Origin: an uncultured Actinomycetota bacterium
GTDB taxonomy: Bacteria; Actinomycetota; Actinomycetes; Propionibacteriales; Propionibacteriaceae
Assembly: GCA_963740705.1 (NCBI GenBank)
Contig: CAVUGB010000004.1
Span: 631,118-695,117, forward strand
DNA length: 64,000 bases
Direction of reading: 5' to 3'
This document shows positions 10,526 to 20,076 of the stretch, in pieces; the stretch's first letter is position 1; every line of letters begins with the position of its first letter. The translations under genes and the position numbers were made by a program. The notes below the pieces were generated by a model. The model was not told where the DNA came from. It saw only the letters and a list, made by a program, of their open reading frames with translations, and searched no databases.

Positions 10526-11506
10526 CTAGCGGCCCGAGTCGAGCATTCGGCGAAACGACTCCAGCCGGGCGCGGGAGAGTTGGCCGCGGAGGACCGCGGT
10601 GTCCAGGGCGCACTCCGGGGCATCGGTCTCGTGGCTGCAGCCACGCGGGCAGTCGGCGGTGATCGCCTCGAGGTCGGGGAAGGCGCTGAGGATGCGTTCC
10701 CGCTTGACGTGGCTCAGGCCGAAGGACCGCACGCCGGGGGTGTCGATCACCCATGAGGCGGAGTCCGGCAGTCGCAGCGCGATGGCCGAGGTGGAGGTGT
10801 GCCGACCGCGACCGGTGACCTCGTTGACGTGCCCGATGGCTCGCATCGCCCCGGGGATCAAGGCGTTGACCAGCGTCGACTTGCCGACCCCGGAGTGGCC
10901 GACGAAGACGCTGCGGTGGCCCTCGAGGATGCTTCGCAGGATGGTCAGATCGGTTCCGGGCGACGTCACCGTGACCCGCACGCCGAGCGGCTCGTACTGG
11001 GCCAGCAGCTCGTCCGGAGAGGCCAGGTCGGACTTGGTCAGGCAGAGCAGCGGCTCCAGGCCCGCATCGAACGCGGCCACCAGGATGCGGTCGATCATCC
11101 CGGTCCGGGGTGGCGGGTCGGCCAGCGCCGTGACGATGACCAGCTGGTCGGCGTTGGCGACGATCGGACGCTCGTACGGGTCGTCGTCATCCGCCGTCCG
11201 TCGCAGCACGGTCTCCCGCTCCTCGACCTCGACGATCCGGGCCAGGGTGCCCTCCTCACCCGAAGTGTCGCCGACGATCCGGACCCGGTCGCCGACGATG
11301 ACCCCGGTCCGGCCGAGCTGACGAGCTTTGGTGGCGGTGACCTCACGCTCGTCGATCAGCGTCCGAAACCGGCCGCGGTCGACGGTGACGATCATGCCGA
11401 TCTCGGCCTTGGAGTAGTCGGGCCGGTCCTTGGTCCGGGGTTTGGTGTGCCGACGGGGGCGGTCGTACGCCTCGTGGTCGTCGGCCGTGAGACCCCGGAA
11501 GGTCAC
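10526..11506 (-). CDS. rsgA: Ribosome small subunit-dependent GTPase A
   Basis: Circularly permuted GTPase: [23 protein letters not shown], and a C-terminal CPRGCSH..C zinc motif. Confidence 0.93.
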   Translation of the reverse strand: MTFRGLTADDHEAYDRPRRHTKPRTKDRPDYSKAEIGMIVTVDRGRFRTLIDEREVTATKARQLGRTGVIVGDRVRIVGDTSGEEGTLARIVEVEERETVLRRTADDDDPYERPIVANADQLVIVTALADPPPRTGMIDRILVAAFDAGLEPLLCLTKSDLASPDELLAQYEPLGVRVTVTSPGTDLTILRSILEGHRSVFVGHSGVGKSTLVNALIPGAMRAIGHVNEVTGRGRHTSTSAIALRLPDSASWVIDTPGVRSFGLSHVKRERILSAFPDLEAITADCPRGCSHETDAPECALDTAVLRGQLSRARLESFRRMLDSGR

Positions 11507-12831
11507 CGGTCGGAGACCTCACCCGCGGGCGCAGACACCGCGGCGGTCGAGTCGTCGATCATCTTCGCCCACAGCTCGGCGAACTCGGGCATCGTCTTGC
11601 TGGTGCAGGAGATGTCGTCGAGCTCCACCTCGGGCACGATCAAGCCGAGCAAGGCCCCGGCGTGGGCCATCCGGTGGTCGGCGTAGGTGCGCCACACGTC
11701 GCCACCGAGCAGCTTCGGGTGGATGGTCAGACCGTCGTCGGTCTGGTTGACGTGCGCGCCGAGGCGCTCGAGCTCGGCCTCCAGGGCAGCCAGCCGGTCG
11801 GTCTCGTGGCCCCGGATGTGGGCCACCCCGTAGATGTGGGTGGTCGCGTCGGCGAGCGCGGCGACGGCGGCCACCACCGGGGTGAGCTCGCTGGCGTCCC
11901 GCAGCTCGAGGTCGACCCCGTGCAGGTGATCGGTGCCGTGCACGCTGAGCACGCCGTCACGCAGCTCGACGTCGGCACCGAAGCGCTGCAGGATGTCGCG
12001 GATCTGGTCACCGGGCTGGTTGGTGCGCGCGGGCCAGTGCGGCACTCGGACGGTGCCGCCGGTGATGGCCGCCGCGGCCAGGAACGGCGCCGCGTTGGAC
12101 AGGTCCGGCTCGATCGTCACGTCACGGGCCGCGATCGGGCCGGGCGCGACGACCCAGCGGTTGGGCTGGCTGTCGTCGACCTGCACGCCCCGGTCCCGAA
12201 GCATGGCCACGGTCATCTCGATGTGGGGGAGCGAGGGAATCGGGCCGCCGTGGTGCCGGACGTCCACTCCTCGGGCGTAGCGGGCCCCGGCCAGCAGCAG
12301 CCCGCTGACGAACTGGCTGGACGCGGACGCGTCCACGGTGACCTCACCGCCGCGCAACCCCGGGTCCCCCTCGAGCACGAAGGGCAGCGCCGTCCGGTCG
12401 TCCTCGACCCGCGCACCCAGATCGGCCAAAGCTGACAAGATCACCAGCATCGGCCGGGCGTACGCCGCCTCGTCGCCGTCGAAGGCAACCGGCCCTTCAG
12501 CCAGCGCGGCCACCGGGGGCACGAAGCGCATCACGGTGCCGGCCAGGCCGCAGTCGATCGGGCCGTCCGCACGGAAGGTCGACGGCGGCGTGACCAGCCA
12601 CTGGTCACCGGTCTCGGTGATCTCGACGCCCAGCCGGCGCAGCGCGTTGCGCATCAGCTCGGTGTCGCGGGCTTCGAGACCTCCGGTGATCGTGGACGGC
12701 CCGATCGACAAGGCGGCCAGGATCAGCGCGCGGTTGGTCTCGGACTTGGAACCGGGAACGGCGACGGTGGCATTGATCGGGGCCTCGGCCGTCGGCGCGG
12801 GCCAGGGCTTGAGAGACGACGTGGGCGACAC
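11503..12831 (-). CDS. aroA: 3-phosphoshikimate 1-carboxyvinyltransferase
   Basis: [36 protein letters not shown] and DHRMA motifs. Confidence 0.95.
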   Translation of the reverse strand: MSPTSSLKPWPAPTAEAPINATVAVPGSKSETNRALILAALSIGPSTITGGLEARDTELMRNALRRLGVEITETGDQWLVTPPSTFRADGPIDCGLAGTVMRFVPPVAALAEGPVAFDGDEAAYARPMLVILSALADLGARVEDDRTALPFVLEGDPGLRGGEVTVDASASSQFVSGLLLAGARYARGVDVRHHGGPIPSLPHIEMTVAMLRDRGVQVDDSQPNRWVVAPGPIAARDVTIEPDLSNAAPFLAAAAITGGTVRVPHWPARTNQPGDQIRDILQRFGADVELRDGVLSVHGTDHLHGVDLELRDASELTPVVAAVAALADATTHIYGVAHIRGHETDRLAALEAELERLGAHVNQTDDGLTIHPKLLGGDVWRTYADHRMAHAGALLGLIVPEVELDDISCTSKTMPEFAELWAKMIDDSTAAVSAPAGEVSDR

Positions 12832-12860
12832 GGGACTGAGTCTACGGGTGGACGCAGGAA

Positions 12861-12886
12861 GAGCCGGGCCGAATCCGGCCCGGCTC
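12861..12886 (-). terminator. GC-rich hairpin downstream of the DoxX gene
   Basis: Perfect 11-bp inverted repeat GAGCCGGGCCG-AATC-CGGCCCGGCTC. Confidence 0.6.
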
Positions 12887-12896
12887 GTCCTCGACG

Positions 12897-13787
12897 TCAG
12901 TTGCTGCCGAGCTCGATGTTCTTGCCGACCTTCTTGGCTTCCTTCTTGGCCGCCTTGAGCTGCTTCGGCGCATCCTTCTTGGCCTGCTTGGCGGCCTTGC
13001 GGGCGGCCTCGGCCTGCACGGCAGCGAACTTCCGTGCGGCCTCAGCCTGTTCGGACGCCAGCTTCTTGGCGGCCCGCAACTGCTTCGGTGCGTCCTTCTT
13101 CGCCTGCTTGGCGGTCGCGGCGGCGATCTTGCGCGCCTCCTCGGCCTGCTTGGCCGCCGCCTTGCGCGCCTTGCGGGTCGATGCGACGACAGTACCCACC
13201 AGGGCGGCGCCGCCGGCCAGTGCGCTGTCGGCATAGTCGCTGATGCCGTGGCTGCCGCCGTCGGTCAGCTGCGACGCCTTCTTGGTCAGCTTGTCGGTCG
13301 CCTTGCCGGTGCTCTTGGCGATCGCGTGGCCGCCCTTCTGAGCCCGCCAGGCGAGACTCGGCTTGCCCTCGGTGTCGCCCGCGGCGAGCAGCACCCCGCC
13401 GAGCAAGCTGAGGTTCTTGATGAACTGGGACTTGTCCAGCGCCTTCTCCTCAGGATCTTCTCGGCTCCAGAACGGGTGCTTGGCGATCGTGCTCGGGATC
13501 AGCGACCCGGCGAGCAGCAGCGAGCCGACCCGGCGGCCCTTGCCGCTGGCCAGGGCCAGCCCACCGATGACCTGGGCGGCACCGTTCACCCGCACCAGGG
13601 TCTTCGCGTCTTCGGGAATGAAGCTGGCGACCTGGTCTGGCGCATACTGCTTGACCAGAGGCACGAAACGATCAGCGAGGGGTTCAGCCGCCGGCACCAG
13701 TGGGCCGGGGTCGCGGAGGGCTTTCACGCCGGAGGCCACGAAGTAGGAGGCGAGCAAGGTCCGAGCGGCGGCACGCAACAAGGTCAT
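12897..13787 (-). CDS. DoxX-family membrane protein with a Lys/Ala-rich C-terminal tail
   Basis: [17 protein letters not shown] and [27 protein letters not shown] motifs. Confidence 0.85.
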   Translation of the reverse strand: MTLLRAAARTLLASYFVASGVKALRDPGPLVPAAEPLADRFVPLVKQYAPDQVASFIPEDAKTLVRVNGAAQVIGGLALASGKGRRVGSLLLAGSLIPSTIAKHPFWSREDPEEKALDKSQFIKNLSLLGGVLLAAGDTEGKPSLAWRAQKGGHAIAKSTGKATDKLTKKASQLTDGGSHGISDYADSALAGGAALVGTVVASTRKARKAAAKQAEEARKIAAATAKQAKKDAPKQLRAAKKLASEQAEAARKFAAVQAEAARKAAKQAKKDAPKQLKAAKKEAKKVGKNIELGSN

Positions 13788-13876
13788 GGGACATTCCTAC
13801 CGTGCGCATCAACCCAGGCCAAGACCGACCCGCGGATGCCGGACGCTCGGTCGGGCTCTGAGATAGTTTCACCGGT

Positions 13877-14683
13877 ATGTGCGGACGCTACGCGGCCTCG
13901 GCCAGCCCCGAGAAGCTGGCAAGCGAGTTCGACGTCGACGACCTCTTCGCCGACCTGCCCGGGCCGGACTACAACGTGGCGCCGACCGTCGCCGTCCCGG
14001 CGGTGTTCGAACGCAAGGTCAAAGGCACGACCGACGTACGCCGCCGGCTCGCCCCCCTGGTCTGGGGCCTGGTGCCTTCGTGGGCCAAGGACGCCTCGAT
14101 CGGATCCCGGATGATCAACGCGCGGCTGGAGACGGTGGCGGAGAAGCCCGCCTTCCGCAAGGCCTTCAGCCAGCGGCGCTGCCTGCTGCCGGCCGACGGG
14201 TTCTACGAGTGGTACGCCCCAGCGGGCTCGGAGTCGCTGCCCAAGTCGAAAGTCAAGAAGCAGCCGTTCTTCATCCACCGCGGCGACGGCGGACTGCTGG
14301 TGATGGCCGGCATCTACGAGATCTGGCGGGATCCGACCAAGGACCGCGACGACGACACCGCGTGGCTGCGGACCTGCTCGGTGATCACCACCCAGGCCAC
14401 CGACGCAGCCGGCCACATCCACGACCGGATGCCGATGGTCGATCAGTCGCGAGGCCATCGACGCCTGGCTTGACCCGACGCTGACCGATCCGCAGGCGGC
14501 GTTGGACCTGCTGGCGGTGACCGAGGCCTCGTGCTCGAGGCGTACGCGGTGTCGACCGACGTGAACAGCGTCAAGAACAACGATCCGTCGCTCGTCGAAC
14601 CGCTGGCCGACCATCCGGAAGACGCTCGAGACCGGGGCGGACGCTCAGGACACGCTGCTGTGACCGGGCGGGACCGACAGTGA
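13877..14683 (+). CDS. SOS response-associated peptidase (SRAP/HMCES-like); frameshifted near 14440 and 14530, end approximate
   Basis: MCGRY N-terminus, YNVAPT, WGLVPSW, INARLET, GFYEW and HDRMP; the C-terminal AWLDP..YAVSTDVNSVKNN continues in other frames. Confidence 0.85.
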
Positions 14684-15463
14684 GCACCCAGGTCATCCCG
14701 GTGGACACGCCGCAGGGACCCGGTCGGTTCTTCCTCGATCCGGCCGACGACCCGAGCGCGATCCTGGTTCTCGGCCACGGGGCCGGCGGTGGCACGAATG
14801 CGGCCGACCTGGAGCTGCTGGCCCGGCGGTTGCCCGAGCGCGGAGTCACGGTGGCCCGCTTCGAGCAGCCCTGGCGCACGGCCGGTCGGAAGGTCGCGAT
14901 CGCGGCCACCCCAGCTCGATGACGCCTGGGTGCCGGCGCTGCGCTGGCTGCGGACCCAGCCCTGGGGTCAGCAGCAGCTGTTCGTCGGCGGACGCAGTGC
15001 CGGCGCCCGGGTGGCCTGCCGGACCGCGGACCAGGTCGATGCGGAAGGTGTCGTGTGCCTGGCGTTTCCACTGCACCTGCCCGGCCAGCCGGAGAAGTCG
15101 CGGCTGGTCGAGCTGCTGACGCCGACCGTGCCGCGGCTGGTCCTGCAGGGCAGCAACGACAGCTTCGGCGGATCGGCTGAGATCCGGACGGCCATCGGGA
15201 CAGCCGGCGGCATCACGGTGGTGGAGCTCCCCGGGGCCGACCACGGCTACCGGGTGGCCAAGGCCGTCGCGTTCACGCCGGCCGACCTGCGCGCCACCGT
15301 GGTCGACCAGGTCAGCCGCATCCTCGGCGGTTCGCTCGCTCCGATGGTCGATCACCGGGGAATATCGGCTCGCCGGCCGCGTTGCACTAGACATGCCGAT
15401 GTTCACCGACAGCCTGACCGAGGCCGCCGAGCCTCCGGCGCTCGCCGGTACTCTCGTACGTGA
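14680..15463 (+). CDS. Alpha/beta hydrolase family protein; frameshift near 14910, true end uncertain and probably earlier
   Basis: LGHGAGGG, nucleophile elbow GGRSAGARVACR, LAFPLH, QGSNDSFG and GADHG. Confidence 0.78.
15359..15384 (+). promoter_or_regulatory. SigR/SigH-type autoregulatory promoter
   Basis: GGAAT-N17-GTTG directly upstream of the sigR-like gene. Confidence 0.65.
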
Positions 15464-16093
15464 TGAGCATCCCCACGACTTCGCCCGCCGAGTCCTGACG
15501 AGGCCGGCCACGCTGAGACCCCGGCCGAGCGCACGCCGCGGTTCGAGGCCGACGCGCTGCAGTTCCTGGACCAGCTGTACGCCGCCGCCCTGCGGATGAC
15601 CCGCAACCCGTCCGATGCCGAGGACGTGGTGCAGGAGACGTACGCCAAGGCGTACGCGTCGTTCCACCAGTTCACGCCGGGCACCAACCTCAAGGCGTGG
15701 CTCTACCGGATCCTCACCAACACCTACATCAACTCCTACCGGAAGAAGCAGCGCGAGCCGCAGATCTCCGACGGCGAGAACATCGAGGACTGGCAGCTCG
15801 CCCGGGCCGAGTCGCACACGTCCAGCGGGCTCAAGTCGGCCGAGATGGTCGCGCTGGAGAACCTGCCGGACTCCGACGTGAAGGAGGCGCTGCAGGCGCT
15901 GGCCCCGGACTTCCGGCTGGCCGTGTTCCTGGCCGACGTCGAAGGATTCTCCTACAAGGAGATCGCCGAGATCATGGGCACGCCGATCGGCACGGTCATG
16001 TCGCGCCTCAACCGTGGCCGCACTCAGTTGCGGGCGCTGTTGGCCGACTATGCCCGCGACCGCGGCCTGGTGCGTGGGGGAGCAAAGGCATGA
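15393..16093 (+). CDS. sigR: ECF sigma factor SigR/SigH; frameshifted in the N-terminal region, start at 15393 or about 15460
   Basis: [53 protein letters not shown] and [11 protein letters not shown]; followed by an rsrA gene. Confidence 0.88.
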
Positions 16094-16392
16094 GCACCGA
16101 ATCGCCGACCGGCCGGGTGACCCCGGGCGCGAAGACCGACGACGACTGCGAGCACGTGCTCGAGCGGGTCTACGAGTTCTTGGACCACGAGCTCGACGAG
16201 GCCAGCGGCGACGCCATCCGTCAGCACCTGGTCGAGTGCGAGCCCTGCCTGGATCGCTTCGACGTCGAGCAGGCGGTGAAGTCCCTGGTCAACCGGTGCT
16301 GCGGCAACGACGTGGCTCCGGACCACCTGCGGGCCAAGGTGTTGACCCGGCTGACGGTGGTCCGTCAGAGCCAGACCTTCTCGATCGAGTGA
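16090..16392 (+). CDS. rsrA: Zinc-binding anti-sigma factor RsrA/RshA
   Basis: ZAS motif HLVECEPC; ATGA overlap with sigR. Confidence 0.9.
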   Translation: MSTESPTGRVTPGAKTDDDCEHVLERVYEFLDHELDEASGDAIRQHLVECEPCLDRFDVEQAVKSLVNRCCGNDVAPDHLRAKVLTRLTVVRQSQTFSIE

Positions 16393-16417
16393 CCGCTCTG
16401 ATTGCGGCCAGAAACGC

Positions 16418-16448
16418 CTGAACCCCACGGGACTCCCGTGGGGTTCAG
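16418..16448. terminator. Bidirectional intrinsic terminator between rsrA and the bL37 gene
   Basis: Perfect 15-bp inverted repeat CTGAACCCCACGGGA/TCCCGTGGGGTTCAG, with T-rich tracts after it on both strands. Confidence 0.8.
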
Positions 16449-16467
16449 TGTTTCTTCAGCACGAGCC

Positions 16468-16542
16468 TCAGGCGTTGGGGCGCTTGCCGTGGTTCGCGCC
16501 CTTCTTCCTGCGGGCGCGGCGCTTGCGGCCAGTCTTGCCCAT
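16468..16542 (-). CDS. 50S ribosomal protein bL37 (24 aa)
   Basis: MGKTGRKRRARRKKGANHGKRPNA with a GGAGGAGG Shine-Dalgarno; usual position next to rsrA. Confidence 0.9.
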   Translation of the reverse strand: MGKTGRKRRARRKKGANHGKRPNA

Positions 16543-16580
16543 CTGAGCCTCCTCCGTCGTTTCGTGGTCGGTTCCGTGCC

Positions 16581-17078
16581 TCAGGCACGAGGGCTCATTC
16601 TGCCACAGTTCCGCACCCCGCCCGCCGCGCCTCCTCGTCGACGGACGGCCGGCGCTCCGGAGCCGAACACGTGACGGGCGTCCGCAGCTACCGGTGTTGA
16701 TAGGCGCGCCAACCGCCATGGGCGGTGATGTCGGCCGCGCCCTCGAGCGCGCCAGGCTCGCAGCCGAAGCCGCAGACCACGCTGCCGTCGGCCAGAGAGA
16801 CCTTGCCGATGGTCATCGGTCGCGGCAGCATGGCGACGAAATGACCGAACGCGGCGCTCATCCAGCCGCCACACCTCCACCTCGATCGGCTGACCGGCCG
16901 AGGGCACCCGGACCAGCCCGGGCTTGGGCGGGGTCGTGGCCAGGGCGTAGAGCCGGTAGTCGGCCGACGTCGTGGTGGTGCGGACCAGCTCAGCCCCCAG
17001 GGCCGCCAGTTCTCCGTTCAGGGCCTCACCACTCAGGTGAGCTCCGGCGACGGCCAGCAGCACGGTCGGGCCGGTCAC
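16581..17078 (-). CDS. Stand-alone allophanate hydrolase C-terminal domain protein; frameshift near 16860, end approximate
   Basis: LAVAGAHLSGEALN, YRLYALATTPPKPGLVRV and IEVEVW; continues as LPRPMTIGKVSLADG..GFGCE..GGW in another frame. Confidence 0.75.
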   Translation of the reverse strand: MTGPTVLLAVAGAHLSGEALNGELAALGAELVRTTTTSADYRLYALATTPPKPGLVRVPSAGQPIEVEVWRLDERRVRSFRRHAAATDDHRQGLSGRRQRGLRLRLRAWRARGRGRHHRPWRLARLSTPVAADARHVFGSGAPAVRRRGGAAGGVRNCGRMSPRA

Positions 17079-17136
17079 CTTCGGTCCACGGGCGTGGCCG
17101 GGTGGGTTCGCGGGGCGCCGCGATCACCGTACGAGG

Positions 17137-19188
17137 TCATCGGTGCGCACCGGTGCGCTGCCAGGCCCGTCGCTCGTCGCCGAACGCCGAAGACTGGGTG
17201 TGCACGAACTCGGCGATGGCTTCGGTGTTCTGCTCCAGGAAGCTGTCGTGGTCAGCCATCGAGAAGGTGCCGTCGGTGATGCTCAGCTGCTGCTCGCCAG
17301 CCGCCACCGCCACCTGGATCGCGACCAGCTCCGCGGGTTCGACCGGGTACCAGCTGATCCGGTCGAAGCAGCGGAGCAGTCCAGCGTCCTCCGTGGCCAC
17401 GGACCCACCCGGCCCTGATGCACCCCAGATCGGCACGGTGCGGCCGATCAGCTGACAGGTACCGGGCCCGTCCAGGCTGTGGATCCCCAAATAGGACCCG
17501 CCGATCCCGACCGCACCGCGTGGGGTCCAGGTCCGAGCCGGATCGTACGTCGTGGTCACCAGCCGGTGCCGCGGGTCGATCGCCGTGGCCAGCGGCGCTC
17601 CCGGCGAACCGGCTCCGAGCCCGAGCACCAGGTACTCCGCCTGGAAGATCAGGTCGGCCACCTGATCGACCGTGTCCAACCCGTTGATCCGGCGCAGGAA
17701 GTCCAGGGTGCCCGGGCACCACGGCTTCTCGTCGCGACCATCGCCCCGGTCGCGGGCGATGGCGTCCCGGATGGCCGGGTCCTGCCAGGACAACGGCAGT
17801 CGCACCGTACGACTGGCCACCGTGAGCTCGCGGGTCGGTGGCAGGGCATCATCCAGAGCACGGACCACGCCGAGCAGGTCGCCGACCCGCACCTGGGCCG
17901 GATCGACGTGCAGCTGCAGCGACCGCACCCCCGGTGTCACATCGACCACGCCGATCAGCCCGCCGCTGTCGACCTGTCGGCTGATCGCCTCGGCCAAGGC
18001 GTGCACCCGCACCCGCAGGCCGAGGTCCAAGATCATCTCGCCGTACTCGACCAGCAGGTTGTCATCGCCGCTGCGCCGAAACGTCACCCGAGGTCGCCAC
18101 GCGGTGGCGCCCAGGCGTAGCAGCACACCGCCGTCGACGACCTCGGCCCGCCCGGCGACGAAGTCCCGCTGCGGTCGTCGTCGAAGATCATCGGCCTGCA
18201 GCTCGCCGACCGGCACGAACTCCACCCGGTCGCCGGCCCGCAGCTGACCGAGCTTCCAGCGATGAGCGGTGATCACCGTGGCCGGACTGAGTGAACCACC
18301 CAGGGTCGGCCCGTCCGGACCGTTCAGGACTGGCAGATCGCCGACGTAGCTCACCGCCCCGACCGCGTACGGGGTGTCGTGGATGGTGGACGGGTGCAGG
18401 CCGGCGTCGCCGCCGTCTCGTCGAGCCCAGCTCGGCTTCGGTCCGACCAGGCGTACGCCGCTCCTGGTCGGGTCGACGTGCACGGCCCAGGATGCGGCGA
18501 AGAATGCCTCGACGTCCTCGGTCGTGACGAAGTCCGGGGCACCGTGCGGACCCTCCAGCACCCCGATCCGCCAGTGCCGCTGGATCGTCGGCCGAAGGCT
18601 GATCGGCACCGAGGCAACGCCGCGCGGTCGGCCCGTGCCTCCGGCCATGGTCACGATGTCGCCACCCTGCAGCGGCCGCCCCGTCAGAACGCCGATCTGG
18701 TCGAAGGGGAGGGCCGTGGCGGATCCGACCTGGGTTCGGGCGTCGATCCCCCCGCGGATCAACACATAGGTTCGCGCTCCGGCCGACGGGGCTCCGATCT
18801 CGACGACGGCACCGGCGGGCACCGACAGCGGGTCCCACTGCGGCACGGGATGCGAGTCGACGAGAACCGCGGCCGGGGCGCCGGTGACCATGATCACGGC
18901 GTCGGCGAGGAAGCGCAGGGTCGGTCCGGAGCCGGTGATCTCGAGCCCGGCCACGCCCTCGTCGTTGCCCAGTGCTCGATTGCCGAGCAAGAAGGACAGG
19001 TCGTCCATCGGGCCGGACGGCGGGACACCCACCGATGCACACCCAGGACGACCCGGCCAGTGCTGGACCGTGCTGAGCGCACCAGGCTCGATGATCGTGA
19101 ACCGAGGGGGGTCGTCGGCGAGCGGGTCGGGAGCGTCGGCCCGGGACGTCTGGTCGGATCGGCCCTGCGCAGTCTGCTCGTCGAACAC
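17137..19188 (-). CDS. Urea/guanidine carboxylase-like carboxyltransferase domain protein lacking biotin-carboxylase and biotin-carrier domains
   Basis: GVPPSGPMDDLSF, GPHGAPDF, GVRLVGPKPSWARRDGGDAGLHPS, GDDNLLVEYG, TPGVRSLQ, LPLSWQDP and DPRHRLVT; no ATP-grasp domain and no AMKM motif. Confidence 0.8.
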   Translation of the reverse strand: MFDEQTAQGRSDQTSRADAPDPLADDPPRFTIIEPGALSTVQHWPGRPGCASVGVPPSGPMDDLSFLLGNRALGNDEGVAGLEITGSGPTLRFLADAVIMVTGAPAAVLVDSHPVPQWDPLSVPAGAVVEIGAPSAGARTYVLIRGGIDARTQVGSATALPFDQIGVLTGRPLQGGDIVTMAGGTGRPRGVASVPISLRPTIQRHWRIGVLEGPHGAPDFVTTEDVEAFFAASWAVHVDPTRSGVRLVGPKPSWARRDGGDAGLHPSTIHDTPYAVGAVSYVGDLPVLNGPDGPTLGGSLSPATVITAHRWKLGQLRAGDRVEFVPVGELQADDLRRRPQRDFVAGRAEVVDGGVLLRLGATAWRPRVTFRRSGDDNLLVEYGEMILDLGLRVRVHALAEAISRQVDSGGLIGVVDVTPGVRSLQLHVDPAQVRVGDLLGVVRALDDALPPTRELTVASRTVRLPLSWQDPAIRDAIARDRGDGRDEKPWCPGTLDFLRRINGLDTVDQVADLIFQAEYLVLGLGAGSPGAPLATAIDPRHRLVTTTYDPARTWTPRGAVGIGGSYLGIHSLDGPGTCQLIGRTVPIWGASGPGGSVATEDAGLLRCFDRISWYPVEPAELVAIQVAVAAGEQQLSITDGTFSMADHDSFLEQNTEAIAEFVHTQSSAFGDERRAWQRTGAHR

Positions 19189-19210
19189 CGGGGGACAGCT
19201 CCTGAGCTAG

Positions 19211-19230
19211 TTTCTGCCGAATGATAGAAA
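19211..19230. promoter_or_regulatory. Putative AmtR-type TetR operator
   Basis: Imperfect palindrome TTTCTGCC-GAAT-GATAGAAA just downstream of the minus-strand -10 hexamer TAGGTT (19230-19235). Confidence 0.6.
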
Positions 19231-19256
19231 ACCTAGCCTGGTCTGTCGGCCGCCCA

Positions 19257-19283
19257 GTTTCCCGCCGGTTACAACCGGGTAAC
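19257..19283 (-). promoter_or_regulatory. Putative GlnR box with three half-sites
   Basis: Minus strand GTTAC-N6-GTAAC-N6-GAAAC fits the actinobacterial GlnR consensus gTnAc-n6-GaAAc. Confidence 0.65.
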
Positions 19284-19328
19284 CGATTCGCTGTCAGGGG
19301 CTGATCAGGCGGTTTACTGGTGAAAACC

Positions 19329-20003
19329 ATGATCAGCCCGCGCGGACGCCCTCGAAAGAGTGGGTCGTCGTCAACCGGACACGGCACCGAGGCGGACATC
19401 TTGGCCGCATCCGCCCGGCTGTTCTGCACCCTGGGCTACGGCAGCACCTCGACGCACCGGATCGCCGAGGAGGCGGGCATCCGTCAGGCAACCATCTATC
19501 ACTACTTCGCCGGCAAGCACGCGATCCTGCTCGACCTGCTGCGGAGCACCGTGGCCCCGTCGCTCGCGGTGGCTGAGGAGCTCGCCACCCGGTCCGAGCC
19601 GGCTCCGGTCCGGCTCTGGGCGCTCTGCGTCTCCGATGTCCGACTGCTCAGCTCCGGCGGGCTCAACCTCGGAGCGCTCTATCTGCTGCCCGAGCTCACG
19701 GACCCGCGGTTCGCCGACTTCCATGATCAGCGGACCCATCTGCGCCAGGCCTACCGGCACCTGGTGTCCGCGTTCCCCGCGGTGTCCGCGGAGCAGGCCG
19801 ATCCGACCGCCGACCTGGTGCTCGCGCTGGTCGAGAGTGTGATCCTGCGCCGCCGGGTGGAGCCACGGCTGGAAGACGCAGACCTGGCCCCCCGGATCGC
19901 TGACGCGGCTCTGCGCATCCTCGAGGTGCCGACGGATTCAATCGGCACGGTCCGCGAACAGGGCTCGCGACTGCTGGCCCAGCTCAGTGCCCCCGGCCCC
20001 TGA
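19329..20003 (+). CDS. TetR-family regulator, AmtR-like
   Basis: GRPR N-terminus, GYGSTSTHRIAEEAGIRQATIYHYF and NLGALYLLPEL; divergent from the urea-carboxylase-like gene. Confidence 0.85.
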   Translation: MISPRGRPRKSGSSSTGHGTEADILAASARLFCTLGYGSTSTHRIAEEAGIRQATIYHYFAGKHAILLDLLRSTVAPSLAVAEELATRSEPAPVRLWALCVSDVRLLSSGGLNLGALYLLPELTDPRFADFHDQRTHLRQAYRHLVSAFPAVSAEQADPTADLVLALVESVILRRRVEPRLEDADLAPRIADAALRILEVPTDSIGTVREQGSRLLAQLSAPGP

Positions 20004-20076
20004 TTCTCTTGCACCGGCTGCCCCGCCGCGCCGTTGACGGAGCGAGTCGGAACAGCCAGCGCAAGAAAACCAGGGC

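Noticed and set aside
19189-19320. Guanidine riboswitch upstream of the carboxylase-like gene
   Set aside because: The predicted leader is only about 35 nt and shows no ykkC or mini-ykkC motif; protein operators fit better.
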